Source of the DNA: Octopus bimaculoides
Lineage: Eukaryota
NCBI RefSeq assembly: GCF_001194135.2
Contig: NC_068981.1
Location: forward strand, 20,115,443 to 20,179,442
Direction of reading: 5' to 3'
DNA length: 64,000 nt
Under the pieces are notes generated by a model. The model was not told the DNA's origin. It saw nothing but the letters and a program-made list of their open reading frames with translations, and ran no database searches. A program made the position numbers and the translations under genes. Of this stretch, positions 38,876 through 53,149 are shown piece by piece. How positions within the stretch are numbered: the first letter of the stretch is position 1; every line of letters starts with the position of its first letter.

Positions 38876-41800
38876 ATGAGCTATATAGAAGAACTTCATG
38901 GGTTCAAACATCTTGATGACTGGCCAAGCAGACATATACTCAAAAATATTCAAATCATGATACTACTATCATTATTTCTACAAAGAATCACATTGTTCCA
39001 ATCTATACCATTTTCCTTTCTTTTTTTCAGAGGATAGTTGAATGCTATTTGAAGGAAATTTAGCTGTTATTTTTACCAGATTTAAGCACTGCATAGATGT
39101 TCTGCCATTAACTGCAAAGTTACTAGAAAATTATTGTTGTTGTTGCTTTATGTAGATTAGCTTCAATCATGTAGGTTTATGATCAAAATAGTTTTTCTTT
39201 GACTATATCCATTTTTTGAAGGAAGGTAAGATTTTAGGATTTGAGAATTTGGTTGTTATTTCTAGCAAGCTGAGTGGCCACCTAGAATTAGATAGAAAGT
39301 TAGCAGAAACAGAAACAGTAAATATTCTCTCTCTATCTCTCTCTCATTATTCACTCTTTCTCTCACATATCAATATTATAGGTAAAATTTGACATTTCAT
39401 ATGACTTGTGTTTATAACCTATTTACATTTATTGTATTAAATTCTGAGATGGAAGCAATTTATCATTTCAAATTTCTTAACAACAGACTAAGAGAAACTA
39501 TTAAATATCCTGACTGGTAATAATTATTATTACTATGCTTTAGAGAACAACATATTCTTACTGTCAAGTTTTGGTGAGAATCAGGTGTTACATGTTAATA
39601 ATCATATAATCCCTATTTCTTTGGCTGAACTCTAACCCAAGTAGTTCTCATTATATTTTTCCAGAATTCTTCTCAGTTGTCAATCACTTTCAATTTTGCA
39701 GCATAATAATGCAGAATGTTGAGTCTTCTATTAATGATGCCTGTTGATTGAAACCAAGCTACTTTACTGATATAATTGGACATTACAAATATCTATAGCA
39801 CTCGAGCTGAGATTACATTTTCAATAAGTTATTAGCATTAAAACATGTCACTGCAGAATTGAAGTGTGTGTGTTGGAAGAAAGATGTTAAAATGATGATG
39901 ATGATATATATTTATATATACATATATATATAATGCTTTTTAACTTTTATATGTGTATATATATATACATATATATNNNNNNNNNNATATATATATATAT
40001 ATATATATATGTGCTTTTTAACTCTTTTATATGTATGTATATATGTATACTTTTCAACTCTTTGATATATGTGTATGTGTGTTTGTATATGGATATAGGT
40101 AACGTTTTTAATTTGAACAGTTATTCAGAAAATATTTTCTAATGGTATTTACTGTGATAAAAATAATGATTTATATTTTAAGTAGAAATTTTGCAATTTT
40201 GTTTTATTTTTCCAATATTTCATTTTATTTCTTGAAATAAAAACTGAAACCAAAAAGAATTCTTTTTAAAAAATATAATTAATCATGATCTCATTATCAT
40301 AATGGAAAAATATATTGGTCTGTTGAAAAGTATATTGGTTTGTTGAAAATGCAAGCTATAGCACTTTGCTATTTATTTGTTTCCCCTTCATCATAAACTT
40401 GTGAAATAAATTGTGAACAGCTCTCTGAAATATTATCAAGAGAAAACAATAGGATCTGTCTTCGATTGGGGCTTTATACTAATACCATTTTCTCGAGAAA
40501 ATATATTTCCACACCATCTCAGTTACCTCAGTTACCTTGACATTTGTTGTATTAATCAATGAAAATCAATTTTGTGCAATGATGACCTCTCAGCTCCAAC
40601 TTGATTCTTCTAACACAACCAACAAGGTTTTGGTCCCTTTTCATCTTATGATTAATTGAATCATTAATATTCAAACAGGCAGCCTAGTTTTTGGTTGATA
40701 ACAAGAACTTTGCAACTTTAGACAATCAAGGGGAAAAAATATCACAATAAACTTGACTTTTTTTTTTCATTTTCATGATTCAAAGTAATTAAAACTGTTT
40801 TTTTAATGAAAANNNNNNNNNNTTTTTTTTTAATGAAAACAAACAAAAGCAAAATATTTAAATATTCATCATTATTTTGTGAAGTTAATTTTCTGTAGCT
40901 ATGATTTATAGGATGATTGCTACAGCTTCCCATATTACTCTTTTGATTGAGGGTCTTTTATTTTATTATCATCATGCCTGAAGAAAAAGGGCACTGACCA
41001 CAGCTTACAGGTGTTCTCTAAGATCAGAAGGTGAATTAGATTGCAACGGTTTGTTTCAAGTAATTCAAATAACAAAGGAAAAAAAATTCTCAAGGAGCTT
41101 TGATGTTGGTTGGAGAGGATTGTCTATGTTTATATAAAATATGTTATAGCATAAGACTACCATGAAAACAGTTGTCTGGTAGTTATGACAATTCTTTTTC
41201 TTTAAGTATGACTTTCTAATCGATAGAAATCTTACATGGGGCTGTCTTATAAATAGCATTTTTAGAAAAGGCAGTCTGATATTTCATTCTTAGATATGAT
41301 TGTCTAATAGATAGACTTCCGTTTACATGTACTGAATATCATATTTAACCTCTTTACAACTGAACCATTAATAGTTGATACCATTCAAATTCTGTTTATT
41401 GCAACTGGTCCTTCCTCTTTTTTAGACTGATTTGTGATATTCGTTATTTCTACAGAAATATAAAACCAAATGAGAAAACAAATCCGTGTTTGTTTTGAGC
41501 TTATCTGATTGATATCTCACTCAGTGACTTCATATTAAATCACTTTCTAATCTACGTTTTACACGAATTTTATATCAGCTGGATTTTAGATTAGTTGCTG
41601 TAAAATACAAACCAATCCAAATTTAATCATAATTTTCCTTATCATATTGGAAGTAGGTTTCCTGATAGTGTTGCTTTCTCAAAATTATTCTTAACATACT
41701 CCTGAAATATTTACCAAATATTACCAATACATTTCTAATTTTCTCTGCAGAATGAAAGGAAAAAAATTTCTCTGCTTCAATTATCAGTTAATTCAATGAA

Positions 41801-42636
41801 TTATAACCAAGGACTTCATGGATTTATTGAAGACTACTGAATTATTTTCTATCATTGCTCTGCATTACTCTGCAAATATGATCATGTCTATATGCTGTCA
41901 GCTGCATCACCTATCAATATAATTATTGATAAGACAGAATTAAATTCTATGAGTAGGTTAGCTTAATCTTAGAAAATTAACAAAGAAAAAAAATGGTCAT
42001 ATTTTGTATAGTAAAAATTATTTAGTAAAGCTTTTTACATCTTACAAAGATAAAGTACGTCAATTTTGATTGTTGTATAAATTAATCAAAATTTGACCCA
42101 CACCTAAACCCATGTAATAATAATGAGTTTATTTCATGCAGTGTTCAGGTGTACTACAAAAAACAGTTAACCTTGGCCAAATTTGAATCCTGAACGCAAG
42201 AGCTGAAACAAGTACCTTAAGATAGTTTCTTCTATGCTCTGATGATTCTATAAATTTACCACTTTTATGTAGATAAATGCACTTTATCACTTCAGGAAAC
42301 ACTCTAGAAATGTCTGCTCAAATACTATGAAAAAGGAGAAAGAAATAAAGTTTCAGGTTTAAGCTAACAAGGAGATTCCACTCTTCATGGTTGGATGTAT
42401 AAATTAAATATTCCTTGAATCATTTGTTTACTTTTACCTGTTTCAGTCAGACTGTAACTATGCTGTGGCATTATCTTGAAGAATTTTAGTTGAATGAATC
42501 GATCCCAGTATTTATTATTTTAAACCTGAGACTTATTCTATCAGTCTTTTTTGCCAAACCTCTACTTTATGGGAACATATATACACCAACAGCAGAAGTC
42601 AAGCTGTTCTGGGGAACAAACACACACACACACTGA

Positions 42637-43038
42637 TAGACATTCTAAAAAAAAAAAAAAAAAAACTTGAGACTACTGCAATAGCTATATTAAAATACAG
42701 GTGCATGCATGGCCGTGTGCTAAGAAGTTTGCTTCCCAACCACATCGTTCCAGGTTAAGTTCCACTGCAAGGTATGTTGGCCAAGTGCCTGCTATTATAG
42801 ACTTGGGCTGACTAAAGCCTTGTGAGTGGATTTGGTAGATGGTAACTGAAAGAAGCCCAACAAGCTTTGGTCAGCCCAAGGCTATAATAGAAGACACTTG
42901 CCCAAGGTGCCTTGCAGTTGGACTGAACCTGGAACCTTATGGTTGGGAAGCAAACTTCTTAGCGCACAGTCATGCATATGCCTGTATTTTGATATGGCTA
43001 TCTCAGTAGTCTCAATTTTGTTTTGTTTAGAATGTCTA
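42637..43038. repeat. 402-bp imperfect inverted duplication of a SINE head plus flank
   Basis: Arms at about 42637-42823 and 42860-43038 are reverse complements. The match includes non-SINE flank (tagacattct...ttgagactactg...atagc.atat.aaaatacagg). Confidence 0.9.
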
Positions 43039-45623
43039 CTCTATGTTGTGAAATGAAGATTTAAGTTGATGTTAATGTAAATTTAAATACAGCTCAATTC
43101 AAATAGTTGCATGCCAAACAGCAAGAGCTCAATGACACTCTTATCACTTCCTTACATCTTTTGCTGGGTAATTGAACCAAACAGTTCATGAGAACAGTAT
43201 TTGTCAGTAGTCTACTTAAGATATCCCTACATAGTTTATTTCAATAAAAATACTGAAGGTCAGTTATGTCGAATTCAACTCTACAGAATGCTAAAGATAA
43301 ATTGAAAGTGTGTAAATAAACATACATTTATAAAAGTTTGTAATAAATTACTAAATGTATGTCACAACAGAATGGATAGTACTTTATATGAATCCCATCT
43401 ATGGTTCACAGTTGCCTAGCCTTACTAATAAATATACAGAAATAATATAACGATTCTTAAAACTTATATATTATCTGCTTAATCAGAAATCACTATACCA
43501 ACAACAAGGCAGTTTCAAAATGGTTGTTTGACAAACTGGAAATAACAGCTAGATCCCCCTCAAAATACTCCCTACCATCTTAACTAAAGAAAAGACATGC
43601 AATAATGTAGTCTTAGATTAAATGGTCATCGATAGGATGTCCTTGACTAGAGTCTAAACATCAACTTGTTTGACTAGAGCCTAAACATTAACATGTCATA
43701 TCCAGTCTTCATCACAAGCACCCTTCTCTACTGTATCTGCTGTTCACTACAATCAAACTATTGTTATCTCCATTACCAACTTCTGTTGTAGTTGTCATCC
43801 ACTATCAGCATAAGAGCATACCACCATCACTTAGCTCAGCTATCATCTTGCACCATCACATGACCATACCACTATAACCATGTCAACTGTAGCTACCATC
43901 CACAACCATTACATGGCCATCCTCTACCTCTACTACCACTATTACTACCAGTACTAGTAGTGGGGTTGGTAAAAGCAAATATGGAACAGAAATACCATCA
44001 CAAGTCAATATGAAGATCTGAAGTTACATTATAACCTGAACTACCATCTTATTATCCTTCTCCGTTGTTAATACCACACTGTTTCTGTTTACTTACAAAT
44101 ATCAACCATTTATTCTTCCCATTTGTTACTCCTATTTATTACTAATCATTTGTACTCTCTCTTTCTCTGTCTTTCTCTACAATACTTTATTGATGCATAA
44201 CTATAAGAAATGCTATCTAACAAACAAATAACCTTCTCCCTAGTTTTTGGCTGTTATATAGTTTCAAGACAGTAGAGTACTTAAAGGAAGTCAATATCAG
44301 CACGTCAGTGTGTGGAGATATCTCCAGTAGGTTTGCAATGAAGAGTAAAATACAAAAAGAAAAAGGGAAGCAGGAAATATAGATATTTCACCAATTGTGT
44401 TGCTAGCCTCAAAATAATTCTATCTGCAGACCGATTTACTATATGTTGATTTGATTATATCTATTTTACCAAAAATACCTCCTACTACATTAGCAGCTTC
44501 TCAATATGACTGAAATAATCAGAGAATATCCTATTTTGGTAAGACATGCTCTTATGCAGTATCATTAAGTAACTAGTCTTTCTGAAAAATTGCTTATTTA
44601 ACTGAGTAGTTTTCAGTTGCAACCATTTTAAATATTCTTCAGTTTTATTTTTTATTATCAAAATATTAAAAAGAAATTGATGTGGTTTTCATAGCACAAA
44701 AGGTTGGCTGAGTTTAAGTAAATAGATTTCCTTAAATATAGGCTTTAAGTCATATTTCATATCTACTATTCTGAGACAAAGTATTCCTAGGAATTAAAAA
44801 GCACCACAGTTTTGTTGTTGATGATGATGCTGCTGTCATTGATGTTGTTGTTGTTGTTGCTCTTGTTGTTTCTCTTTTTCTTTATTAACCATAATCCTTT
44901 AAGATGGAGTCATACAAAAATATTTTCCAATGCTGCATTTGCTAGAACTGTGACAATTCCCATTTTGAATGTAGTTTTGCTGTGAATAAATGCAATAATG
45001 GACGAATGAACAATTGTAGAAATGCAGACTTTACCATACTACTTCATAAAACCATATTTCATGTCTCCACACACATTTCAATATTGACACATGACGTACT
45101 TTTAGACTTTTTGACTCTCAGACTTGATTTTCTTATCAAAGTACAAAATATCAGTGTTAATACTATTGCTACTTCTATTGTGCCACTATAACTACCACTA
45201 ACGAAACTTCCACTATACCAACACAAACACTATGACTGACTCTGTACCACCGTCACCACCAGTGGCACTGAACCAGCTCTGCCTGCAACACTGTGCCTCC
45301 TCCTGTAACACTAAAAGTGACATTGTTTCAACACCATCACCACCACCACTAGCTATGACACACCATCAAGACCACTACCATTAGAAACACTGTACCAACA
45401 TCAATGTCACCACCAAGGACACCACCACCAATGGAACACTACCGGCACTACCGCTATCAGTGATACAGTTCCGATATCACTAATCAACACCAATACCACT
45501 ACTATCACCCAACGTGACCATCAGTAGTGGATATACTGCCAACAGTTGCCATATTTTGTAATACCATCTATTAATGTTGTTGTGTCACAAAGATCCCTTG
45601 ATTTCTCTCCTTGCTCAGCTACT

Positions 45624-45865
45624 GAAAGTATGGACAATACTAGGCATTAGAGTTAGAAGTCATGAAAGTATTAATGATACTAGACATTAGACTTAAAGGT
45701 TAGAAAACTATCAACAATGCTAGATATTAGCATTAGAGAATATGAAATTATCAATGATACAAGACATGAAGATTAGGAGGTCTTGAAATTATCAGTGATG
45801 CCAAACATTATGATTAGGGATCAAGAAAGTATCATTGATACAAGATATAAGGATTAGGGATCATG
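45624..45865. repeat. Minisatellite, six ~40-bp units (GAAAGTATCAATGATACTAGACATTAGGATTAGGGATCAT-like)
   Basis: Six consecutive 39-41 bp units, each starting GAAA and alignable by eye. Confidence 0.88.
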
Positions 45866-46098
45866 ACTCCTGAATAGAAATATCAGCAACATGGCCAAGA
45901 GTAAATAGTTCTGAGAAATTTTTCTGCATACTAAATACAAATACAGTAGGATCTTACATATGTAACAAAGTAACTTAAAGAACTTTGACCAACTGAAATT
46001 ATCCATAAACTTAGTAGACAGAATTCCTTCCATCTAGAAGTAGGTTGTATCCAAAAACAATAAGCAAGCAAAATAACTCCAATGCGATAATTTTAAAA

Positions 46099-46263
46099 TA
46101 GGCGCAGGAGTGGCTGTGTGGTAAGTAGCTTCCTTATCAACCACATGGTTCCGGGTTCATTCCCACTGTGTGACACCTTGGGCAAGTGTCTTCTACTATA
46201 GCCTCGGGCCGACCAAAGCCTTGTGACTGGATTTGGTAGACGGAAACTGAAAGAAGCCCATCG

Positions 46264-46312
<49 letters not shown>

Positions 46313-46323
46313 NNNNNNNNNNC

Positions 46324-46401
<78 letters not shown>

Positions 46402-46591
46402 TTGTGTGTCTGTATTTGTCCCCCCAGAATCGCTTGACAACTGATGGTGGTGTGTTTACGTCCCCATAACTTAGCGGTTCGGCAAAAGCGACCGAGAGAA
46501 TAAGTACTAGGGTCGATTTACTTGACTAAAAGGCAGTGCTCCAGCATGGACGCAGTCAAATGACTGAAACAAGTAAACGAGTAAGAGAGTA
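46099..46591 (+). mobile_element. Family-A CORE-like SINE, near full length, small internal deletion
   Basis: tRNA-like head, ccttgggcaagtgtcttct CORE-like block, (TA)(TG) middle with a gap, and tail ggcagtgctccagcatggacgcagtcaaatgactgaaac. Confidence 0.92.
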
Positions 46592-46834
46592 TCATCATTG
46601 ACATAGACTAGATGGGTCATTGCTGCTCTCCTTGATGAATTGAAAGACTACATCTCACTAATTGGTTAAATTTTTGGTTTGGTTTCTATGATTGTAGCCC
46701 CTTGTTAACATTAACCACTTTTACAGAGTAGAGTATTACAGGATAAATTTTTTGTGGCTCCAGCACTAGAGAAATTATCACATCTTCAACAAGACAAATG
46801 TCTTTTGAACCCCATACTTAATAAGTGTAGTTGT

Positions 46835-47215
46835 TTCTCTTGAACACATCTGATTCCTCCTGTATTCTGTTTTCCTCTCAGCTCTTTTGCACCTTGTTGT
46901 TCATGCACTTTAATACTACAAATCCAAGGAGCATACTTGCTTCATATCTTTCTACTCTTCACAAATCTCCTGCATTCGGTGCTCACGTCTCAGTAGCATG
47001 CAACATCACACTTCTTACTCAAGCATCATACAATCTGTTTTGTTGCATGCAGTAGTAATAGCTCCCTAACTTTTTTCAGTTCTTACTCTGTCTACCCAAC
47101 TTACCAGCTAATCTGGTCCCCTAAATGAACAGGACTATCAACTACCAGAGAGCTGCTCTTACATTGGAGAGTGTCTATTTTGTATATGCTCTTTGTACTT
47201 GCTGCCCCTAAACAT
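46835..47215 (-). mobile_element. RTE-clade LINE ORF C-terminal fragment, heavily decayed
   Basis: Minus strand encodes VVDS..LGDQIS and RLYDA*VRSVMLHATET*...RVERYEASML. This matches the RTE post-RT pattern (RLY.ACVRS.MLHGSETW...LERNE..ML). Confidence 0.75.
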
Positions 47216-49124
47216 CTAGTCTACCATCTCTGTTAGTTTGCCTGCAATTCCACAACACCTAAACAGATTTAATAGCTTAGTTTGATAAATTTAATAGCTT
47301 ATTTTAATTGATTTAATTTGCTAGTTTAATATATTTAATAGGTTAGTTATCTTATTTTTAATGAACCTAACCAAAGTGAAACTGTGTGAGATTGTAAACA
47401 ACAATGGTAATAATAATAATGATAATAATAATAATCAGTGTTAGAAGCTGTGCAAAGGCAATAATAATAATGACGATGATATTGTTATGTGCCACAAGGG
47501 CACATAATGATAATAACAACAACAACGACAGCAGCAGTAAACCCGTTTTAATCAGAATTCTAGTTACAATGTTGTTAACAGATGTTAATCATCATAAACA
47601 GCCACCTTCCTAGTTAAAATGTCTCTATGGATATCTAATTTTAAAAGAGGAATTACATTAACTCTTTCATGACCATATTGCTAATGAAACATTACACTGT
47701 CTCTGAGCTTAAATTAATTTTTAAAATAATCAAGATTTTGAAGGGATTTAGTGAAATAACTAAATTTTTCATTATTAAGTTGATGTTTTAGAACATAACT
47801 TCACAAAAAATTTCTTGTGTGATATTATGATGGGAAGTTTTAATTTAAACATAAACACATTAAAAAAAATTTGTTTGTGTCATGGAACTATGGGCAACAA
47901 CAGGTAGGCAATAGAAAGAGTTACCACTTGAAATATTTCTCCTAATTTCAGAGCAGTGTACATTTGAACTATTTGTAAGTATTGGACATATATCACAACA
48001 ACTGCCACAGTAACAACAATATAAGTATCGGCTACTTTGAAACTGACCAATTCAGAAGTATTTCGGTTATCTATATATTTTATAGTTTCTACTAGACAGT
48101 TAACATTCTGACACATCATTGATGAGAAAAAAAAGAAGGAATAAAATGAATATTGGTTTCCCAAGAATTTTGTGTTATGGAATGGTAGTGATAACAACAT
48201 GTGCAGTCAGATAGATGACCCTAAAATTCCATTATCTTCTGTGGTCCATGTCTTCTGAGACATTGGATTCCATTAAAAGGATATTATTCAAACATTTTCT
48301 TTCAGTAACTTCTTGAACTGATTCTTTTCAAAGAAAATTTTTAATTTCAGCATTTAATGAAAATACCTTTCATTCAATTAAGGTTTTTAGTGCCATTGTT
48401 ATTATTTCGGTAATGATTAATTGCCTAAACATTTAACATTCATGCTGCTATTTTTGTTGCTGCTACTGTCGTTGTTGTTGTTGTTGTTGTTATTGTTGTT
48501 GTTGACATCATCTTCCTGCTTTCACTAAAGAAATGTAATTCAGTTTTGGAAAGGAAAAATAAAAACGAAGAAAACAGAAAAAATAGAATCCCTAATTTAT
48601 TCTTTGAAGCAGAATGATTGATGTATTCAGGGATTAGTCAGAAAGTAATTCTGGCAATTTAGTTTTAACAATAAGAAAGGGAAGAAGAATGAGAGTAAAA
48701 ATATCTGTTAGTGAATATCGCCTGAGATTTCTTTTGATTATAAAATATTTGCATGTGTAAACTGTTACTGGTAGAAACTGAGCAGTTACATACTGTGCAA
48801 ATCTTCATAAATAAACTAAGAGCTGAAAATTGTTTCATTAGTATAGGATGGAGACTACTACCAATCTTAGGGGTCTGTTTGTGATAATTGGGATAGAGTT
48901 TAGGTAAGGCCAACTCATTAGGAGAAAGTAATTATCTATTATTAGTATGTTGGCCCCTATTTTTAATAGTCTGGCCAGAGGTAGAAAAGCAGCATCCTTG
49001 ATTTCTGAGACTAGTGGGAGAAGTTATACTCACACCAAAAACATGGCTTGAATGCTTGAACCAATAAAGGTACCTAATGGCTAGGTGATGGTGATATACT
49101 CTTGTGTTGACAATAGATCCTCGT

Positions 49125-49565
49125 TCTAATGCTGCTGCTATGGATTGGTCCCAATGATGAGTAACACCCTCTGCTGTCCCATTCTATTGTTATGACCTTA
49201 CTCCTAAAGTGACTGAATATCATTTCTATTCTGTGATGGCTTATTCTCTTCAGTGATTGGCACCCAATTTTGCTTGACTGTTATGGTTTGGCCCCCTATA
49301 GTAATTAACCTTCTGTTCTCCTATTTAGGAACTGGCTCCTGTAGTAATTGACAGCCTGTTTTGTTCTACTGTTATGAAATTGTCCCCTGAGTGATTGACA
49401 TGCTGTTCTATTCTAGAGTTATGGCCAGACCACAATGGTCATTAACATCCAATTCTATTCTATGGTTATCAGTTTGCTTACCTCTATTCTATTCTAGTAT
49501 TGAGTAGTGAGCTTGTATTGTTCTAATGCTATGTATTGACCTCTGTTGTTCAGGTGTTGGCCCCA
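49125..49565. repeat. Highly degenerate ~42-48 bp minisatellite
   Basis: Recurring ttctattgttatgg...ggcccc...agtaattgac modules. Confidence 0.65.
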
Positions 49566-49895
49566 TCAATAATCCCATCAGTCTGGAGAAACCTGCCAAG
49601 ATTATGGGTGCTTCTCCTCTTTCCATGACTTTTTAAAAATCATCATGAAAAAAAGTGGATTTAAAACAGTAATCAGAATTTTTTTTAAATGGTGCACTGC
49701 ATATGACCAGCAAGATATTATAGAGAGACAAACAGACAGACAGATAGACAAACAGAAAGAGAGAGTAAAGAAAGTAAACTAGTAAATGTGGAAACTAATG
49801 AGGGTCTGTAGCAGCAAATCAGAAGTAAAAAAATGGTTAATAAAATTCTTCAAAGAGGGCATTGACTGAACTGTGAGAAGTCACCTCTCTCTACG

Positions 49896-49931
<36 letters not shown>

Positions 49932-52442
49932 CATGCTTATATTTTAAGAACATTTATGAGAGAGAGACACTAAAGCACCAGACTAAATGTTTTATGATAT
50001 TTAAATTTGTTTTTGTCAGTTCTGACATTAGGTCAGGTTTAGCTTTCATCTCACCGAGGTTGACAAAATAAGTACCAGAGACACACTGGATTCATGTAAA
50101 TTGATTGCACTCTTTCCCTGCAAAAATTGTCATTGCACCTACTCATAGAACAAAAGAAAACAAAGCCTTCCTCTTCTTCCCTCCGCTTACTGTGCAATGA
50201 TGTTGTTTGTTATTGATTTAATATGTTTGTCTATTTTGGTACGTACTAAATTGGTCTGATATCAATAGTACAGTTTTAGGAAATAGATAAAGAATATTTT
50301 GATAAAACTTTTATTTCATGGTGTCACACTATGCTTATATGATATGCATTATTTGTGTATGTAAATGTGCATATGTATGTGTGTATTACCATGATTGTCA
50401 TCAAGCTTTGCATGTCTATTTTCCCCAAACTAGGATGGTTTAGACAAAATTTATTGAGGCAAAATTCCTGTTTCCAAGCTTTACTTATTGTCAATAAAGT
50501 TTATTTTTCCACAGGTCTTTACATGTTGCAACTAAAAAATATCATTGACTGATGATACATGTGTGCATGAGTCAGATGACATTCATGGAGATTTGTGTTC
50601 TGTAGCTGGACACTCTTCCTGTCTCCAGCTTTCATCTATTTACAAACGAGGCAATATTTTTAGTCTTTGCACATGAATAATACAATGGCTAAAAGTCTTT
50701 TCACAGAAGATTGCAGTGTTCATTTGCAATTAGCATGCATGGTTAAGTAGTTTGCTTTGGATTCATCTACTGTAGCCCAGGCCAGCCCAAGCTTTCTGAG
50801 TGGATTTCGTAGATGGGAACTGAAAAAAAAAAAACCATGATGTGTATGCATGTGTGTGTCCATGTCTCCTTGTCTTGATAATTGGAAAGAAACATCACTG
50901 CCATAGAAGGGGTATTGTTTGTTTGCAACCTTCTGTGAAAAAATGTTCAGCCATGGAGCTATTCCTGTTCAAAATACTAGGGAAATATTGCCTTACTTGG
51001 AAACAGGTAAGCATTGGCAACAGTAAGGGCATCCAACCGCAGAAAATCTCCTTGAACAAATTTAGTCCCACCCATAGATACTAAAATGATGATGATATAT
51101 ATATCATGCACACGCACGCACACATAAAACGTGTGTGATTGTGTGTGTGTGTGTGTGTGATTGTGTGTGTGTGTGTGAGTATTAGAGGGTGTGAGAGAAA
51201 AATATAGCAACAAATACAACATGGATATTTATATAAAGCAAGCGAAATGTAAGAAATCTTGTCAGATTATCAGTCACTGTTAATACTGCTCAAGTCTAGA
51301 TTTTTGCTAGACAATACTTTCACTTTCCTTGAGATTTGATGAGATATCTTTCTTTTAAATCACTTATTTTTCATACTTTCAATTTAGCCCAGCTACCATT
51401 CAAGCCCTCTCCCATGAAATACATTTCTTTATATATCACTTTGCTTATTGAAATTCAGAGAAAGCAAAAACATTCTGTTAGCTGAAGGGGTTGAAAAGTG
51501 CCTTTTTAAATCTTTTTTTTTTTTAGTTTAACTACAATTCTATCAATAGGAGTTTAAAAAAATATTTTTTAAATACTGCCAGTCAAAAGTGAAAAATAGT
51601 AAATGTCAGATGTTAAAATGAAAAGTATCTTGTACTATTTGCAGTTTAACTTGCAATTGTTATTACCCCTGAAAAATGTTTAACTCTACATTGTTAATGT
51701 TGTTCTTTTATTATCAGATACATCTTTACCAATATTTATTCATGTCATTGGGAGTATAAAGAATTCTTTGGAGGTATTTCGGTGGGGTTTAGAGGATCTT
51801 TTATAATGTGTGTGTACACACACACACATGGGGTCTGTCATTTTCTCTTCAACAAATCATTATTTTATTTTATACTACCATGATATTTCAGATTGTAAAT
51901 AATTGGGGAAAAAAATATGATTTAGTGGCAAGAAAACCAAGTTCAGTTGTTGTATATGATTAAGAATTTATTTTTCATGTGTCCAATCTTTTTTCAGGGA
52001 AACATTCTAAAAAATTAATATTATAGCTTAAAATTTTCCATCATATAAATTCAGTACACTTAAAAAAATAGAAATGTTACTGCTTTTTCATATCTTGTAT
52101 GTAAAATTATTAAGAAAAAATGGAACTATATCTTATTGGTAATATAACAGGATTAGCAGTAGGAATTAATATTATCATATAATGTATAACCTCAGTCTTT
52201 TGGGATTACCACAAAAAAATATAAATATGATTAAAGAAATCTTTAAAAAAAAAAGAGAGGAAATATTGATATGTATAGCAATATCTTATTGAAATATAAT
52301 AGTTGAAATAAGCAGATAATATTAAAATGCTTGGTTTGTAACTAATCCAGTCAATGGGATTAACTCCTAATCAAATTCATTTATTGGGAAGAAAGTATTC
52401 AACTACCTAAAATTACCTACCTTTCCCTCTCTCATTTTAATA

Positions 52443-52476
<34 letters not shown>

Positions 52477-53149
52477 TATGTATCTATACCTATATATATA
52501 TATATATCATTATATTCATATATATATATATATATATATGCTTGTATGTATGTATATACATACTTACAGACATATACATATATAGACATATATATAGAGA
52601 GAGATACATACACACACAAACACAAACACACTCTCACACACACATGTGTGTGTAATATGATAGTGCATTATATTTATCATCATCGTTTTAAATTTACTAT
52701 TATGTGCTGGAACTAACTCATAGGTTGAGTTCTTTTCAGGGTTACTAACCTCCAAGATATATAGAAACCAATTTTCACTTGTCCATAAAACTTTTGGCCT
52801 GTTTTTTATGGCTTCCTATCATCAACTACTTCACACAATGTATGAGGTATGTTTTATCATAGCACCAGCACTAAAAAGGTTGTCTTGTCTCCAGCAAGAC
52901 TAAAGTTTCCTCTCTGGTCTTTGTTCTTTTTGTTCATTTGCCAAACACTTTGCAGTGTGAATTGGTTACATTTATTCAAATCAGCAGCACTAGAGAAGTT
53001 TTCTTGCCTACACAAAACTAAAGACTCTTTTGAGTAAATAGAAGAAAGAATAAAGAGGATCATAGTGAGAAAGTGGCTGAGAGGAAAGTAATGCAAGATA
53101 ACCAGAGTGATAGGTATAAGGGAGAGTATGTATGTATATGTGTATGTAT

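Noticed and set aside
45180-45560. Thr/Pro-rich mucin-like stretch (also 43700-43960)
   Set aside because: Degenerate (ACC/CAC)n low-complexity DNA with stops in the frames examined and no splice support.
45624-45865. CRISPR-like regular repeats (also 2641-2995)
   Set aside because: The units are tandem and mutually homologous along their length, there are no unique spacers or cas genes, and the context is eukaryotic.
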